A stretch of 64,000 nt of DNA from Schizochytrium sp. TIO01. Lineage: Eukaryota > Protista > Bigyra: Labyrinthulomycetes. Numbering within the stretch: position 1 is the stretch's first letter; each line of letters opens with the position of its first letter. A program made the translations under genes and the position numbers. Where the stretch lies: assembly GCA_004764695.1 (NCBI GenBank), contig SMSO01000031.1, positions 3,696,436 to 3,760,435 on the forward strand, in the 5' to 3' direction. A model generated the notes under the pieces. The model searched no databases. It had not been told where the DNA came from and was given only the letters and a program-made list of their open reading frames with translations. This document shows positions 1 to 13,600 of this stretch, one piece after another.

Positions 1-2586
1 GAAGCCCAAAGTGAAATGACAAGGTTCTCAACAAGCATACACTTGCCAAAAGAGGCCCTGGTCAAGATATCTACAAATATACAGAGATGAGTTGTTCGTT
101 GGCTTGCGCAACACATTAAAAGATCTGTTTAATCGACCTGCTCTTCTGAATCACCTATACTTTTATTAGTATACTAGTCAATTGTGAGGTGTATTTTGTA
201 GAGTGCAAGTAGCAAACTGGCCAAAAGTTTTGACTATACTTTGTAATCAAGAGCAACGTGATCTACCACGTGTCAAAGAAGTAGCTGACAACCCTGTTGC
301 GTAGAAGAAGAACGTCTGATGATGCCTAACACATGCCTCAAATTCGTACCAATCAAATACTTGTTTGACAATGATGGCTTTGGTCTAAGTCAGAACAAAT
401 ATTTGCATAGAATATTCCAAAACCCTAATATATGATCAACCTGTCAACATGACCTTCGCTCTCAAGTCATATTGCTTAGGGCTTTCTTTCTCATGAATAC
501 AGAGTTTTCCCTGAAAGGAGTGACCACAGTTTGGGTAATTAGGTCATAAATACAACGAGCATATACAAGTACTATAGTGTTGTGAGACACCATGCAAAGA
601 TTTGCTATTACACTTCATGCACAATCGAATTGTGATATCTACAACCAAAGACACTTATGGCCATGGCGTCAAAGTAGTTTCTGGCGTCCATTGTAAGCCC
701 TCAACGAGTTAGGTCTTACAAAGAATCAGAACCAAAACAGCCATATGCATAATTCTGAACTCAAGGTAATCGAGGATCGGGAGTGGACATTTATATTTAC
801 TAATCTCAAGTATGTTGAAGAATAAAATGATGGTTAAAAAGTTAGATGAAACTGGCCTTTTCATTTATCTTTAGTACTGATAAAGCCTTAGTTTCCTACT
901 TATAACATGGATCAGTGTTTCCTGAAGCTCATTTTTTAGAGACAAAGCAGATGAGCATTCCAATTCTCTTGTCCTCAACTTCTTAACTAACCTCTAGCTG
1001 ACCAGAGTAACCTTTCACCAAATTATGAATAGGCACCACATAAGGAGAAATACTTCTACTGCGAAGCAATCAATAGGGGAAGGAGTAACTAACTCAAAAG
1101 AGGGCCATTGAAAAAAATCAACTACCAAAGCAAGCAAATTCTAGATAAAATGTTCGCGAGCGCGAAGGGCCATTTCAGGTTGCTGGAGATTCTGCTCACA
1201 GCTACAAAACATATTCAAATTACCAGGAGCGTGATGGTTTAATGAAGATGTGTAGAATGACGATTTTCTTTGTGAGCTGTTGGTGTAGCTTGACACTCTA
1301 ATTGATTATTGTCTATACTTAACAATTTGCAATAGCATGGGGTGGAAGCACGCGCAAGAGTTATTTGGATGCCTATATATGCATACAAGAGAAGCCAAAA
1401 GCGAAAGCAAGAGTCAAATGTTCAAAGCGGTACTTCTTAATTTACTTGCTGCAGCTGCACAGCCGAATTCAAGCACTCTGGCATGTTTTCTGTACACGAG
1501 GAGTTGGTTGAAGCCAACAAAGCAATAGCAGCACTGCGAGAAGAATCTGTAGCTCTTGAATATCCTAAAAGCATTGCCTCGAATGTAAAAAGACGAATCT
1601 CTACAAATATCTCAACAAATCAAGATTTCTCTTGTTTCGCATTCGGTTAGCCTAGTAACGTTTCAGTGTGGTGATGCTATTCGGACATTGTCGCAGACTT
1701 TAATCGTCAGGAATTTCTGCTGGTTGGGACTGAGAAACGCAAGAGCTAATCTATCACTATTGCTTTGGCAGGCCAAGCTAATTAACGATTCATGCATACT
1801 AGGAAGAAATCATCATTTTAGCCTTACATTCAATAAACCTGCTGTTTTCCTCTTGCTTTGGCTATCTTTAAAAATAAATTCTGTCGTCAGTTTGCTTTCT
1901 ATCAAGCTCGTGGATCAAGAGACGGCCCTCAACAGCCAAGTCTTTGGGCTGTGCCTGGGTTTAAGCAGCCTTCCATTTATAGTGCGTTCTCGAGAGTGTG
2001 CATGTTCATGATTCCACCCACGCAATGAAGCGTCCTTCTTGGCCAGTTCGCTGCTGCTTGAAGTCATGCTTTCCACAAGAGCAAACAAAATATCTTTCTT
2101 TAACATTTGTCCCCAAGATATCTTAACCTTTCAAGATTCAAGTCCTCCCAAGAGACGCCGACGGCACTTGCGTAAGAGGCTGCCTACCTACGCCTACTTT
2201 GGTTACCAAATCCGCATCCTGCTCACTGCGTTTCAGGAACACAGGTGAATGGCTCGAGGCAGGTCAGTGAATAAGAACGCGTTCTTGTGCGTCGCACGCG
2301 CGATCTTTCTCGGTCACCGCCACCAGGTCGAGCAAGAGTTCGTTTCCTCCAGCAACGCTGACGCTGGCGACAGCACATGTTGCTAAGCCAGCCTGCGGAG
2401 GGAGGAATCATTTTTTCTTTTTTTGTTTTGTCAGAAGTCGCTTTTTGTGACTAACTGCTGTCACTTCGGAGCCTATCTGAGACAGCTTTCTTCCTCTCTT
2501 TCGACACCCAAAGCGGAGGGGAAGCAAGCATCATGATGCACATTGAAGATCGCTCATTCGAGCAAATTCAAGAGTTCGTTTTGTAA

Positions 2587-2647
2587 TTGTTTGTTTGTTT
2601 GTTTGTTTGTTTGTTTGTTTGTTTGTTTGCTTGTTTGCTTGCTTGCT
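2587..2647. repeat. (TTTG)n microsatellite decaying to (CTTG)
   Basis: Directly visible. Confidence 0.95.
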
Positions 2648-5600
2648 CATCGCTCGTTTTCTCCTTTTCTGCTTCTCTTGCTTCTTTTCTTGGCCCCCTA
2701 TCTCTCTGCGCAATCTTCGACCGCCTCGGCTTCGCTTCTGCGGCCCTGGAGATAGATAGGTACAGACCTATAGTATTCATAAAGGTACTTCTTCGCTCGC
2801 TAAAAGTGGCCACGTGCCGCGCCTTGACTTTATATAAGGCCAGAATATGTTGTTTTTCTGCTTCTTTTCCTTTTTCCTTTTACACAGCTACTGAGAATTT
2901 GACTCATGAAAACCTTTCTATTTGCCGCGTTCATTCTATAGGGTGGCCGACGCCAAGTCTAGCAGGTTCTACAGTAGCCACTATTTAGGTAGCGACAACA
3001 CTCATCCGCGCCGTTACAGATCTTTGCCTAAGAGGACTACTCAGATGGGGCTTGTTTGGAAGGTGAGCCAGAGTTAAAGAAAAAGGAGGAATGTTCTGTG
3101 GAGACAAGGAAGCAAGCAGATCGAAGTTGATTCTGAGGAGATGCAAGAAGGGCTGGCTGGGGCTTCTAGCAGCTAGCGTTTCCCTTAACTAGCTACCTGT
3201 ACGCGGGGCGTTTCCTAAGCGGCTCGATTGATGTGTTCACTGAAGGGTAAGTTTTATTTCTTCCTTTGCTACCTCTTTTCGACATTTTTATTTGTTTATA
3301 TATGTATATTTGTATTTTATTTTACACACAAAAACTTAGGCAAGTAAAGTAAAGTGTCTAGCTAGGTACTACAAATCATTAAAAAAATAAAATAAAATAA
3401 AATAAAAAGTATTTGAGGACTTTAACTTCATATTTTGATAAGGAAAAAACCAAAGATGGAGATAAAAAAAACAAAAGAAGAGAGGGCCCAAGGAAAGAGC
3501 AAAGAGCAGTTGGAGCTGTTACTATAAGAGCAAATAAAAAATTGTATAAGAGCAAATAAGAATGGTACAAGAACAGCACTCGCGTCTAAAAATATGACCA
3601 AATTTCTGGAAAAGCCTCCTGGCGGTCTTGGGCACAAGAACGCAGCCTAAAACAGATCAACGCACGCTTGTGATTCCTTGAATTGTCCTGAGACCTCATC
3701 TTTGGTGTGCTTACTCGAACCTATTTGACGACAGGCCTTCTCTCATACTCTTAACCAATAACAACAGCTTTCGTGAGCAAAAGCACACGTTTTGCCCAAC
3801 AGTTTGTGACATCAATCAAGCTCACATAACATACGTACACACTTACTCACTCAGTATTTCCCCTTCGGACGAATCTGTTGCCAGGGCTCTTGAATAGATT
3901 CATGGCTGTCTGTCGAGTGTCGAGTGCGTTCTTGTAGATCATGGTCCGCAAACGTCCCTAAATCCCTGTACTTTATGGCCGAGGTAGTTTCGACCATCTT
4001 CAGATTGTTCTCCTCCCCTCACGCAGCCGAGATGCCGGCACTTTGGAGGGAGCAAAGGACGCTCTCATCCAAATACCCGCTCCTCCTCTCATCGATATCG
4101 CTCGAGCGACTACCAATATATATCATTTTGATTGGCCCATAACTGTGAGACACGAGTTTTTCTATAAAATTAACATTTTCTACAGAAAAGAAAACAGCGA
4201 AAAGGATATTAGCCTTACAAGTGCCGCTCTGCCGGTGACAGTACGAGTGAGCTTTGTCCCTGCGTCGATCGTTGTGTGGTTTCCACCCGTGGCAATGCGC
4301 GATGCTTTCGTGTGCGTGCGAGTGAGTTGGACAATTGATTTTGCGTTTCACATTGATTTTTGGGAGCAGTTCTGTTGGCAACGAGCGAGGAGAAGCGACA
4401 TTCTCCGTGCGTGGAAGATCCAACGAGCGCCGCCGCAAGAGTGCTGCTTCCTCCCGGGAGGTGAGGAGGCGTCAGAGTTGGAAATGTTCCATGGGGAGAG
4501 GAAACAACTTTGGAATGGAGCAATTTTGGTTAGTTTCGTTTTCGATTTCGCTTTGGGGTGGGGTGGAGCAACAGAGCAACAGGGTGTTTATAAGTTTGAT
4601 TGTCTGGGAAGGCGCCCTGGCCTTGCCATAAAATAGGCGTTCTGTTCAGAGGGTTTTCCTCCTCCTCCAGAATCATCGATACACAAGCAGAACATCATTG
4701 CGGCAAGAATCCAACAGGGACATTCTTACAGGCATCCTGGTGACTTTGCTCACACCGACTGAATGGCCGTTTAGAATTCCATCCGCTTAACTCTGACGTT
4801 ATCGTTTTAGGTTTGAGAGATGCTAACTAAGACCGTCCACTAGATAAATACAGGCTCGCTTGAGAGACTTTGTTTGCCGTTGCCAATCATTGCACCCTGA
4901 TAACTCTTTAAGGAATCGTAAGGTTTCTGGCTGCAAGTGTAACCTCACGAATTTGGCTGCCACAAGGAATAGAGTTGCACCTTCTTTCTTCCCTAGTAAA
5001 AATCTCAACGAAACCCAACCTGGAGAGAGTTTATCGCAGTTCATTTCTTGCTTTGTTTTGATTCTTACCAACAATTGAAGCTGGAGGTACCTATTTAGGG
5101 CGAGCCGACAGAGAACTTCGCATGCTGAGTATTCGCTCAAATCCTACTTTCTAGCTAGCTAGTACCAGCTCCTCCGTTGGCCGTGTCTAAACTAGGATCT
5201 CCTACGCACCCTCTGTGGAAGAATACCATTTGCTTCCAATTTTGCTACTCTCTATACGAGTTCATTTGTGACAGTGGACTTTCTCGGACTTTACAGACCT
5301 CTTGCAAATCACTGTTTCCCACAAACCGAGTCAATCGATCTAAGATGAGCGCACGCAAGCTAATGTCTTTTAAAAGGGACATATGCAAAATGGTACTCCA
5401 GAGCGGTGTCTGCGATGCAGTTTGTGGGAGGGCCAAAACGAGCACTTGAATCTTCAAGCTAATTGGTCTTCGACAACGCTTGAGATGAGTGGCAGCGTCT
5501 GTCGGTCCGAAAACAACCATGGCGAATCATCAAGAGTACCTGATACCTCCTCCAGGATAAATTTTAATTGCAGCACAATGAACGCAATCAGTTGTTGGCA

Positions 5601-8600
5601 TCAACAAGCTCGGTCCTTTCGGCTGAAAGCTTGTAACAGATGCCACCGGATACTTAGCTTCGTTTTCGTCTTCAAAAATAAAATAAGAAGTTTGCTGTAT
5701 ACGATTTATAAAAGCAGGTATGCTAAATTAAATACATGGACTTCCGGTACCGGGGACCAGTTTCGAAGCATTTCGTTTCACAAGGCACTTCAGCAGTTAG
5801 TTATAAATATTTCTTTTTGAAGTGAAGACTGATTTGCAGCTAGCTCAACGTATGGATCGTCAAAGCTGTGCCAATAATTCTGCGGTTCAGTAATGAGATC
5901 TGCTCCCGGTCTTGATGCAGCATACTCCAGGCATGGAATTGAAGTAGAAGGTGCCAGGTCGCCAGTGTTAGGCTGATTAGCTTGAGTTGCCCCGGTCTGT
6001 ACCTAGTAGGTAGACGATCCTATCCAACAGCTTGCTTCCAAGTGGTTCATTCAGGGGAAGCTTTTGTCCAGCTTATTCAACAGCAGCGTGAGAACACATT
6101 TTGAGCCTTGGCCTTCCGGAATTTCGTACTGGGAGAACACAGTGCAGCCATGCAATTTTGATTTCGATTCGTATCTCGAAAGAAGGGTAGAAGGGCGAAT
6201 TCAACCGTTGGAAAGGAAGGTGAATTGGAGGTGCAGAACTTGGAGAGAGAGGGAGAGAGAGAGAGAGAAGAGAAAAAAGAAAAGCAAAAAGCTATATGAT
6301 ATATCATGTGAAATTGGCGTTGCATTTTCCTCTCTGTGATGAAGAGGAATGGTTTCCTAAGACACCATCGTGCGAGCTAGGCCCAAGGGTTTTTGAAGCC
6401 TGGTTTTGGGCCGTCATGTGGTTGTTTGTAAGTTCGTAGCGTCGCAATGTATTCATGGGTTTCTAAAAACTAGGAGGGTATATTGAGGAAACAGTCTAAG
6501 AAGTTATTCACCTTCTTTTGGTACAGAAAAAGAAAATGTAAAAGAAAGAAAGACAGTTTTCTGTTCGTTGATTGAAAAGAGACTTTTCAATTACTTTTAG
6601 TTTAGTTAGAAAGATTAAAAAACAATTTTTTAAAAAGATTAAAAAAAAGATTTAATTTTTTTTTAAAAAATAAACGTATTATTTCAAGATTTAAAATAAA
6701 AACAAGAGAGAGTCTCACTTTAAAAAAAAAATATTCTTTAAAAATTGGGAGAAAGTTTTGTTATTGTCAAATCGAAATTTAATATAAAGTTAAAGATAAA
6801 TAAATATAATTTCTAAAATGAAAGAAGAGTCTTTCATATTATTAGGCACCTACTGTTCATAGTTACTTAGTTATACGAAACGCAAAATTAGCGACCCCCT
6901 TGAACTTCTATTGTCGCAACAATCAAGCCGTGACATCTCGTATCAATGCATCTGATTAGCTTGTTGTGAGGTTGTCATACTTAGTGCTTTCCCCCAGTTT
7001 TCACTTTGCCGAAGGAGACTGGGTTGGTCAAGCAAGCCACTTCGGGACCTACAAATACTCGGAATCTGTTAGCTACTTCATGACACATAGTTTTTATTCT
7101 TATTTTTTCATTTTAAAATACATTTACGTATTATAGAGAGTGTATCTATTTAAAATAAAATAAAATGAATAAGATAAAATGAAGGATGAACTTGGAGGTA
7201 AATTTTCAAGTGACACCCCTTTTTAGGAACGAAGATTGAATGTGCCCATCCTTTAAACATTTGTAAAATCAGACTGAGAAGAGAAAAGAGAAGAAAAGAA
7301 ATAAAGAACACACATACCGCGATATTATTTTTGTCGCTTTCGAAAGCAGTGGTACCCAGCTAAGTAAGCAATGTGTACGAGAAGAAATACCTACCTTAGG
7401 TGTAGAAGTGAGTCTTTTATCTTTCTGGACTTGAACAACTTTATCATTAATGGCAACTTCGGTGAAAACGCTAATTGAGAAAGGGATAGAGTATCGCTGT
7501 TTTCGCTTTGTTTCAGTCTGAAAGGCTAACTTCCTTCCTTAGTCGGAGACGCTCAGGAAGCCTGATCCTGAACGCCTTCAATTTATAATTTCAAAGGTTG
7601 GAAACTCGGCACAACCCAGGATTGTTGCCATCATAATTTCTGGACGCATCCTTTCCAGTTTGCTTTCTTGTGCAGCCAACTTTTCTTCTAAAAAAGCAGT
7701 TATGGCGAAGGCACGAGCTGCACGATTGGCAATCAATATACGATGTCCTTTACAACAGAAGCAGTCACTCGATTCATTAAGCGGTCTTTTCCTGCATACA
7801 AACAAGAACTGCGTAGAAATGCTCTTTTATTTGCTAAGTTCTAAACTTATGTTGTTCTGTGGAGAAGATCAGGTTCTAATGTACCTAGGATCCTCAGCGG
7901 CTCGAGAGTATTTCAAGTTGCCTTCCTTTTAGCGGGCCTGCCTTATACACAAATTGATTGACATACTCAATTTCTCTCTTTCAAAGTAGTTCCTTTTTTG
8001 CGAAAATAGAACAAAAACCAAGTAAGAACAAAAGGAGGACTTTCATGTCCGTGGTAACATCTTCGAGTTCTTTAACCCCACGCCTCCCATCTTCAAATCC
8101 AGAAAGGGACGGAGACAGAGGCAGGATTACACGAACATGAGCTCGGCCGGTATCTCTTACGGAGCAGAAAATCACAGTTGCAATCGATCCCTTTCCCTCT
8201 TTCATTCGCTACCCCGGACGAGTTCTGCCTAGGACGCCACTAGGTACGTGCTATGCATCTTTTTCGAGGTTCGTTTCTTCTATTACGAGGCGCGATCACG
8301 TCGCTTTCTATTCTTTGTTACCTACAGCCATTTCGAAAAGGGATAACGAAGGTCCAAGCGGGACTGTGAGTGAGAAAGAAAGCGCTCTGTTTTGAGACTT
8401 ACTGGCGCCCTCACAGCTCTGTCACGGCTCCTTTCACAGGCAGGTCGATCAGACTTGGGAGCCTGCCTTAGAATCTCAGAATCTAACCTCAGCCAAACTG
8501 GTGATGTGATAGGCCATACGAAGGCCGAGAACGCGCGGCAAACGCCCACTCACCCCTTGCATTAGCAAAGCAGCCTCTTCGAAGTCTTAAGAGCCTCCCG

Positions 8601-8907
8601 CGTGCCTACTCAGGATAGTTCACTCACTCGGCCCTTTGAAACTTGAAACAGCAGCAGCACTCTTCCTGAGCCGACGTCTTAATGGAAGGGATTTATGATT
8701 ATATATATAGGGGCGGAGAAAGAACCAAAGAAAGAACCACAGAAAGAAAGAAACAAACAAACAAACCAACAAACAACCAGCCAACAAACCCAACAAACAA
8801 ATGAGCTTTTCAGACCCTAAGAAGGGTTTGCATCGACCAAGAAAGCCAAACAAGAAAAACAAGGCTTGGTTTTCTGAGAGGAGTTCTCGCGTGGGTAGCG
8901 AAAAGGA

Positions 8908-8938
8908 GTAGGTAGGTAGGTAGGTAGGTAGGTAGGTA
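8908..8938. repeat. (GTAG)7 microsatellite
   Basis: Directly visible. Confidence 0.95.
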
Positions 8939-10658
8939 CCTGCGAACGTCTGAGTTTGTGCACGTGTTCCTTTCTGCGAGCCAGCCACGGCCTGTGAATC
9001 GTCCTGTGAGCCAGGCTCTATTTAGCACCTTACGAGCTTTGTGTTGCCACTTCTTCGGTGGGTCACGTCAACTTTGGCATCCTTTGGCCAGGGCCGATCG
9101 GTTGTTTGCACGCCACTGTGCGAAGATCGACGAACGAATGGTTCACCTTTGAAAGTGCAGATGGCAACTTTTAGTTTGAAAGGGTATCTTCAACTCATTC
9201 CCAGGGATCTTATGTAACCCTACTTGGTTATATCTGTTAATTTTGAAAAGGGAAGCTAAAGTGAAAGGTACCTTACCTACCTACCTAGTACCTTATACCT
9301 ACAGAAAACGCACTTGTTGATAAATCGTACGAGGTCTACAGTCTGTAAAAAAGTAGACTGCTAGTATACCCAGTAGCTACAAACTTATAAAACAATATAA
9401 GCTTATATAAGCACTTCACTCGGCGCTATTACGACTAGCGAGTAACCAGTACCTATATATTACGTCGTTGCTCGGTGTCGACAGAGAGAGAAGAGAGGTT
9501 TATTTAAGGCAACTTGAAAGATTTGAGGGCACGCTTAAACACGCACGCTTATGGAGGTAGGCCGTTGTCAGTCTTCAGAGGTGCCTCATCTCGTTTGTCT
9601 CTCATTTCATTTGATAGAAAAAGGGCGCGTTCTTCTCGCTTTCTATACCTCTGTTAGTCTACTTTCCTGGCGAAAGATTGAGGCGGCCAAGGCTTCGTTG
9701 AGTGCAACAAAGAGGCGGCCGGGATGCGCGTACAATGCATATCTGTGGATAGTTGTAGGATTGGGGGCCGAGGAGGCTGCTGGTCCTGTGGTTTTGGCAT
9801 TAGCGGTAAAGGAGAGTAAGCAGCGTACTCAAAGAAGGCTCGTGCGCGGCTTGAGTCGTGTAAAAAAAAAATGATTATACCCTTTCTTTTGTTTTGGGAG
9901 TGAGATGATATCTATTTTGCTCTCTAGAGTTTCCCTGGGGACTTCTTCTTCAAAAGGCAGGGAGATGACGCAAACTTGGGCAGCGATTGATTGATTGAAA
10001 GAGAGGAATGAACATTACGTCGAGGCCACCTTTCAATAACAATGTTCATCAATTATAATTATTAAATTTTACGTCTTGGTGAACTGCTTTTTGACTATAT
10101 TCCATATCCAAATCAAACAAAAAAAGAGTACAACATAGAATTATTTTAAAACTGGCTGCTGAGCGGACTAAAAGTTGAAAGCCCAATCACACTTCGCCTT
10201 TCTTTCTTTTTACCTTTTCGGTTCTTTTTACCTCCGTCACTTTAAACAAGAAATTACTCATGTCTGTTTAATTTCTTCAAATAAAGGCTAAAGAGGGAGT
10301 AGTGAATAAAACAAAAGAAACTAGAAGGACTCAAATTAACTAAGAAAGCTACATCAACAAAAGTCTACTCCAGCATAGGTATGAAGGTACTGCGAAGCAA
10401 ATAAATGGATCGATGTTTGATGGAAGAAAACAGGCAAACAAGTCAGCTTCCGTTGTAGTAGGTGCTGTGTGCCTCAAACGAATGAGCCAAGACATTTAGA
10501 CAAACAGACAGACATGCCGAAGTTTTGGTTGCTTGAACCTAGATTGCGACCCTCATATGTGAATGAGAAAGAGCCCGGAAGGCTTCTTTCTTCTGGCTGG
10601 GTGCTCGAGAAGATTTCATTGAGCTTCAACGGGGGCAGAGCGCCCTCCAAAGGTCCAA

Positions 10659-10661
<3 letters not shown>

Positions 10662-10691
<30 letters not shown>
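10662..10691. repeat. (AG)n microsatellite
   Basis: Directly visible. Similar AG tracts at ~6243-6268 and 16691-16721. Confidence 0.95.
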
Positions 10692-10696
<5 letters not shown>

Positions 10697-13600
10697 AAAG
10701 ACAGAGGAATGAAAAGAAAGCACGCAAACTCTTTCTTCCATGGTATATGGCTCTGGGTTTCGGATTTAAAGAAAATTCAAGTCGATTTCTTTCTCTTCTT
10801 TCTTCAACGCAGGTCAATAAATGGTACGGGCAGAGTACTGAACCACAACCGCTACCACTCGAATCTAAGGCAAAGGAACGGAGTTCAACATTGTCCATTC
10901 CTCACTCAACCAAACAAATCTTGTTCTAGTTGCGTGATTTGATTGATTTGATTTCAATTCTTCGAGAGTATAGCCGCCGATGTGCAGGAAAGGATTGACT
11001 GGTATATGAATACCTTATTAAATGATTATTATCGGTTTTGTACAGCCATTTCTTATGAAGAATTCAGGGTCGACAAGAGGGAAAGAAGAAAGAATAGTTT
11101 TTCTGCGCTACAGACTATTTCGTTTATCACACTTTAAAAAATAAAGCCTGGAGAGATCTTAAATAGCTGTACAGGATGTAGGTAGGTATATATATAAACA
11201 AATGTAGGAGTAACTTTATTTCAAAAAATTATTTTAAAAAGAAAAGAAAAGAAAATGAATGTTAACGAAAGCTGCCACGAAGATCCTTATTTAGAGTGAA
11301 AGCACGCCTAAAATATCTGGAAAACCCGATCAAAACCACTTCCACATACCACTATTCAAATTAAGAACAAATCTTTTATTATTATTATTAAACGTTTTCA
11401 AAATTAAAAAACTAAAGTTTGCAGAATGAAATAAACAAGCGAAATGTAATTACAGTTCAATAGAATGTAATAGTGATCAGTAAGGAAGATCTCGGGAAGG
11501 TTTATATCGGAAGAGGCAAGCACCATTGAAAGACCAAAAATACCTATTGTGGTTACTATTAAAGTCGACGGACGTGCAAGACAGACAGAAGGGATAAGAT
11601 AGTAGCTACTTGGAATCGAAGCCACCACAGACCCGGCCGCCATCCAATGAGTACGTGTACAGCCAACGCAAAACTATTGATTTAAGCCAACCAGAGGCCG
11701 CGGCTAGGAGGAAGTTTAGAAGAGTTTGGTTGCTCTTATTTGCTGCTTTCTTTTAATCATCGCATCCATTGAAGCCTATCAAAAATAGTTGGGAGAAGTT
11801 TTTTCTTCACCAATTCACAAGACAAGTTTGAAAGACGATAAGGTTATCGTTATCATCCTTATTTATTCAAAAATCCTTTTGAGGTAGACTACTTGATTTT
11901 TCTTGAGATCCCGCTCCATTCCAAATTCTTCGAATTCTATTCAGGATTTCAGAGACTCTGAACGATGAAGCAGCGATGCCCCTTTCAATGCGGCTTTCAA
12001 CAAACAGCAAAAACATGATTAGAGTATCATTTGTTTCGGGAACTTGCGCGTATCTAACTGTTCAACTCGTCACATTCTTGTATTCATTTGGATCACTCAC
12101 CTGTGTGGTTACAGAAGTTTCGCAGCTTTTATGCGGTTGACCAACTATCCTTCGGCTGGGATGGTTTGCAGAGGTAGGTCTTTCATTCAGCCACCCATGC
12201 GGTCACCATTCTCATATGCTGGATTCCCTCAGTGGGGGTCTGGATTCTGCAGGAGGGGAGTAATTTCAAGGGAGGTGGATGATTGAACTACCGTGGGAAG
12301 CGTCATATATTCAACTTTCTATTAGGCACATAAATATTATTAATTGGTTTTGTTTTGTTTTAAATTGAACATATATATACATCTGAGACCAAACAACTTA
12401 ATGGTTGATTAATTATTTTTTATATTTATTTTAAAAGAAAGAGATGATAAGGAGAAAAGGAAAAAAAGAAAAAAAGCCGGGTCAACACAAATTATCAAGA
12501 CTTACTTGCCTCTTTTAAAAGTAAAATAATTGGTGAGGCCCTACCAACTGTTATGGGGCATACTTAGGCATATGCGCTGTGTTAATATGCATTACTAATC
12601 AGTAATTTGATTTTGTACCCGCGTTATAAACGATTAGTAAGTGAGTATGCTGATTCAAGGCTCTTGTAGTAGGCAGTCCGACATGAAGCTAAAAAGCTCT
12701 AGTTAACAGTGAGGTTATACATTCGTGTTTATCCGACGTACCCTGCGATGCTCGCGCCAAGTTCAAGATACGAAAGGAAAAAGAATTCTAAAGAAAGGAT
12801 CGTTTCACGTATTATAAGTAATGCGAGAAGCAAAAACTACATTTCTGCATTCATCGTCAATACGGCAAGTTTTGCGGTCTCAGATCAACAGGAGCTTCAA
12901 GTTCTTGTGGAAGATCATGTTTCGCCTGCGTAGAGGAGCTAGCGCTGATACTGCAAGGACAAGAGTTTGCTCGAGGAAAGAAAGGAGAGTAGAATTTCGA
13001 GAAACAAGCACTTTAGTTAAGGAAGCCAGACAAACCGATAAATAATTTGACATGCCGCGCCACCTTTCTAAGCCTAGAGATAAATTAACATACAAACAAC
13101 TTTCATCGCGCTGGCATCTAGGATTCTCAAAATCTACACCTATTCGGAGGCCATTTCGGTTCGTTGAAGCAATTAGAAATATGGGGCAGGCACTGATTAA
13201 AGTAACCTATTCTTCTCGATTCTGGAAGCGGTGTGAGCAGAAGCACAAAAAATAATACAAAAAAAAGAGAAGAAGTTACAAAACAAGATTGCTTGGGTGC
13301 CGTGTCCTGCTTCGCGAGGGATAGGATGGGGAAGCAGGCCTATGGAAGACAGAAAGTTTGCACCTCTTTTGCAAATGTTCTATGAAAAAACACAGAGAAA
13401 ATACAGGCTGCTTCAAAGCACGTCACAGGTTGGAAACGCTCCATAATCATAGGCATTGACTTTGCAACATGGCATGTCGCTAGGTGTATTGAGAGGAGTC
13501 GAAACCCTCCGATTCAATATCATGTTTCCAACTTTCTCTTTGCGAATACCAATGGTAGACATCAACTACAGGGTTGTAGTACCATTTCTATTGTATCTAT

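Noticed and set aside
4043-4636. 197 aa ORF, the longest non-repeat ORF in the desert
   Set aside because: TTG start, atypical W/F/C-rich composition, no motif, and similar-length ORFs overlap on both strands.
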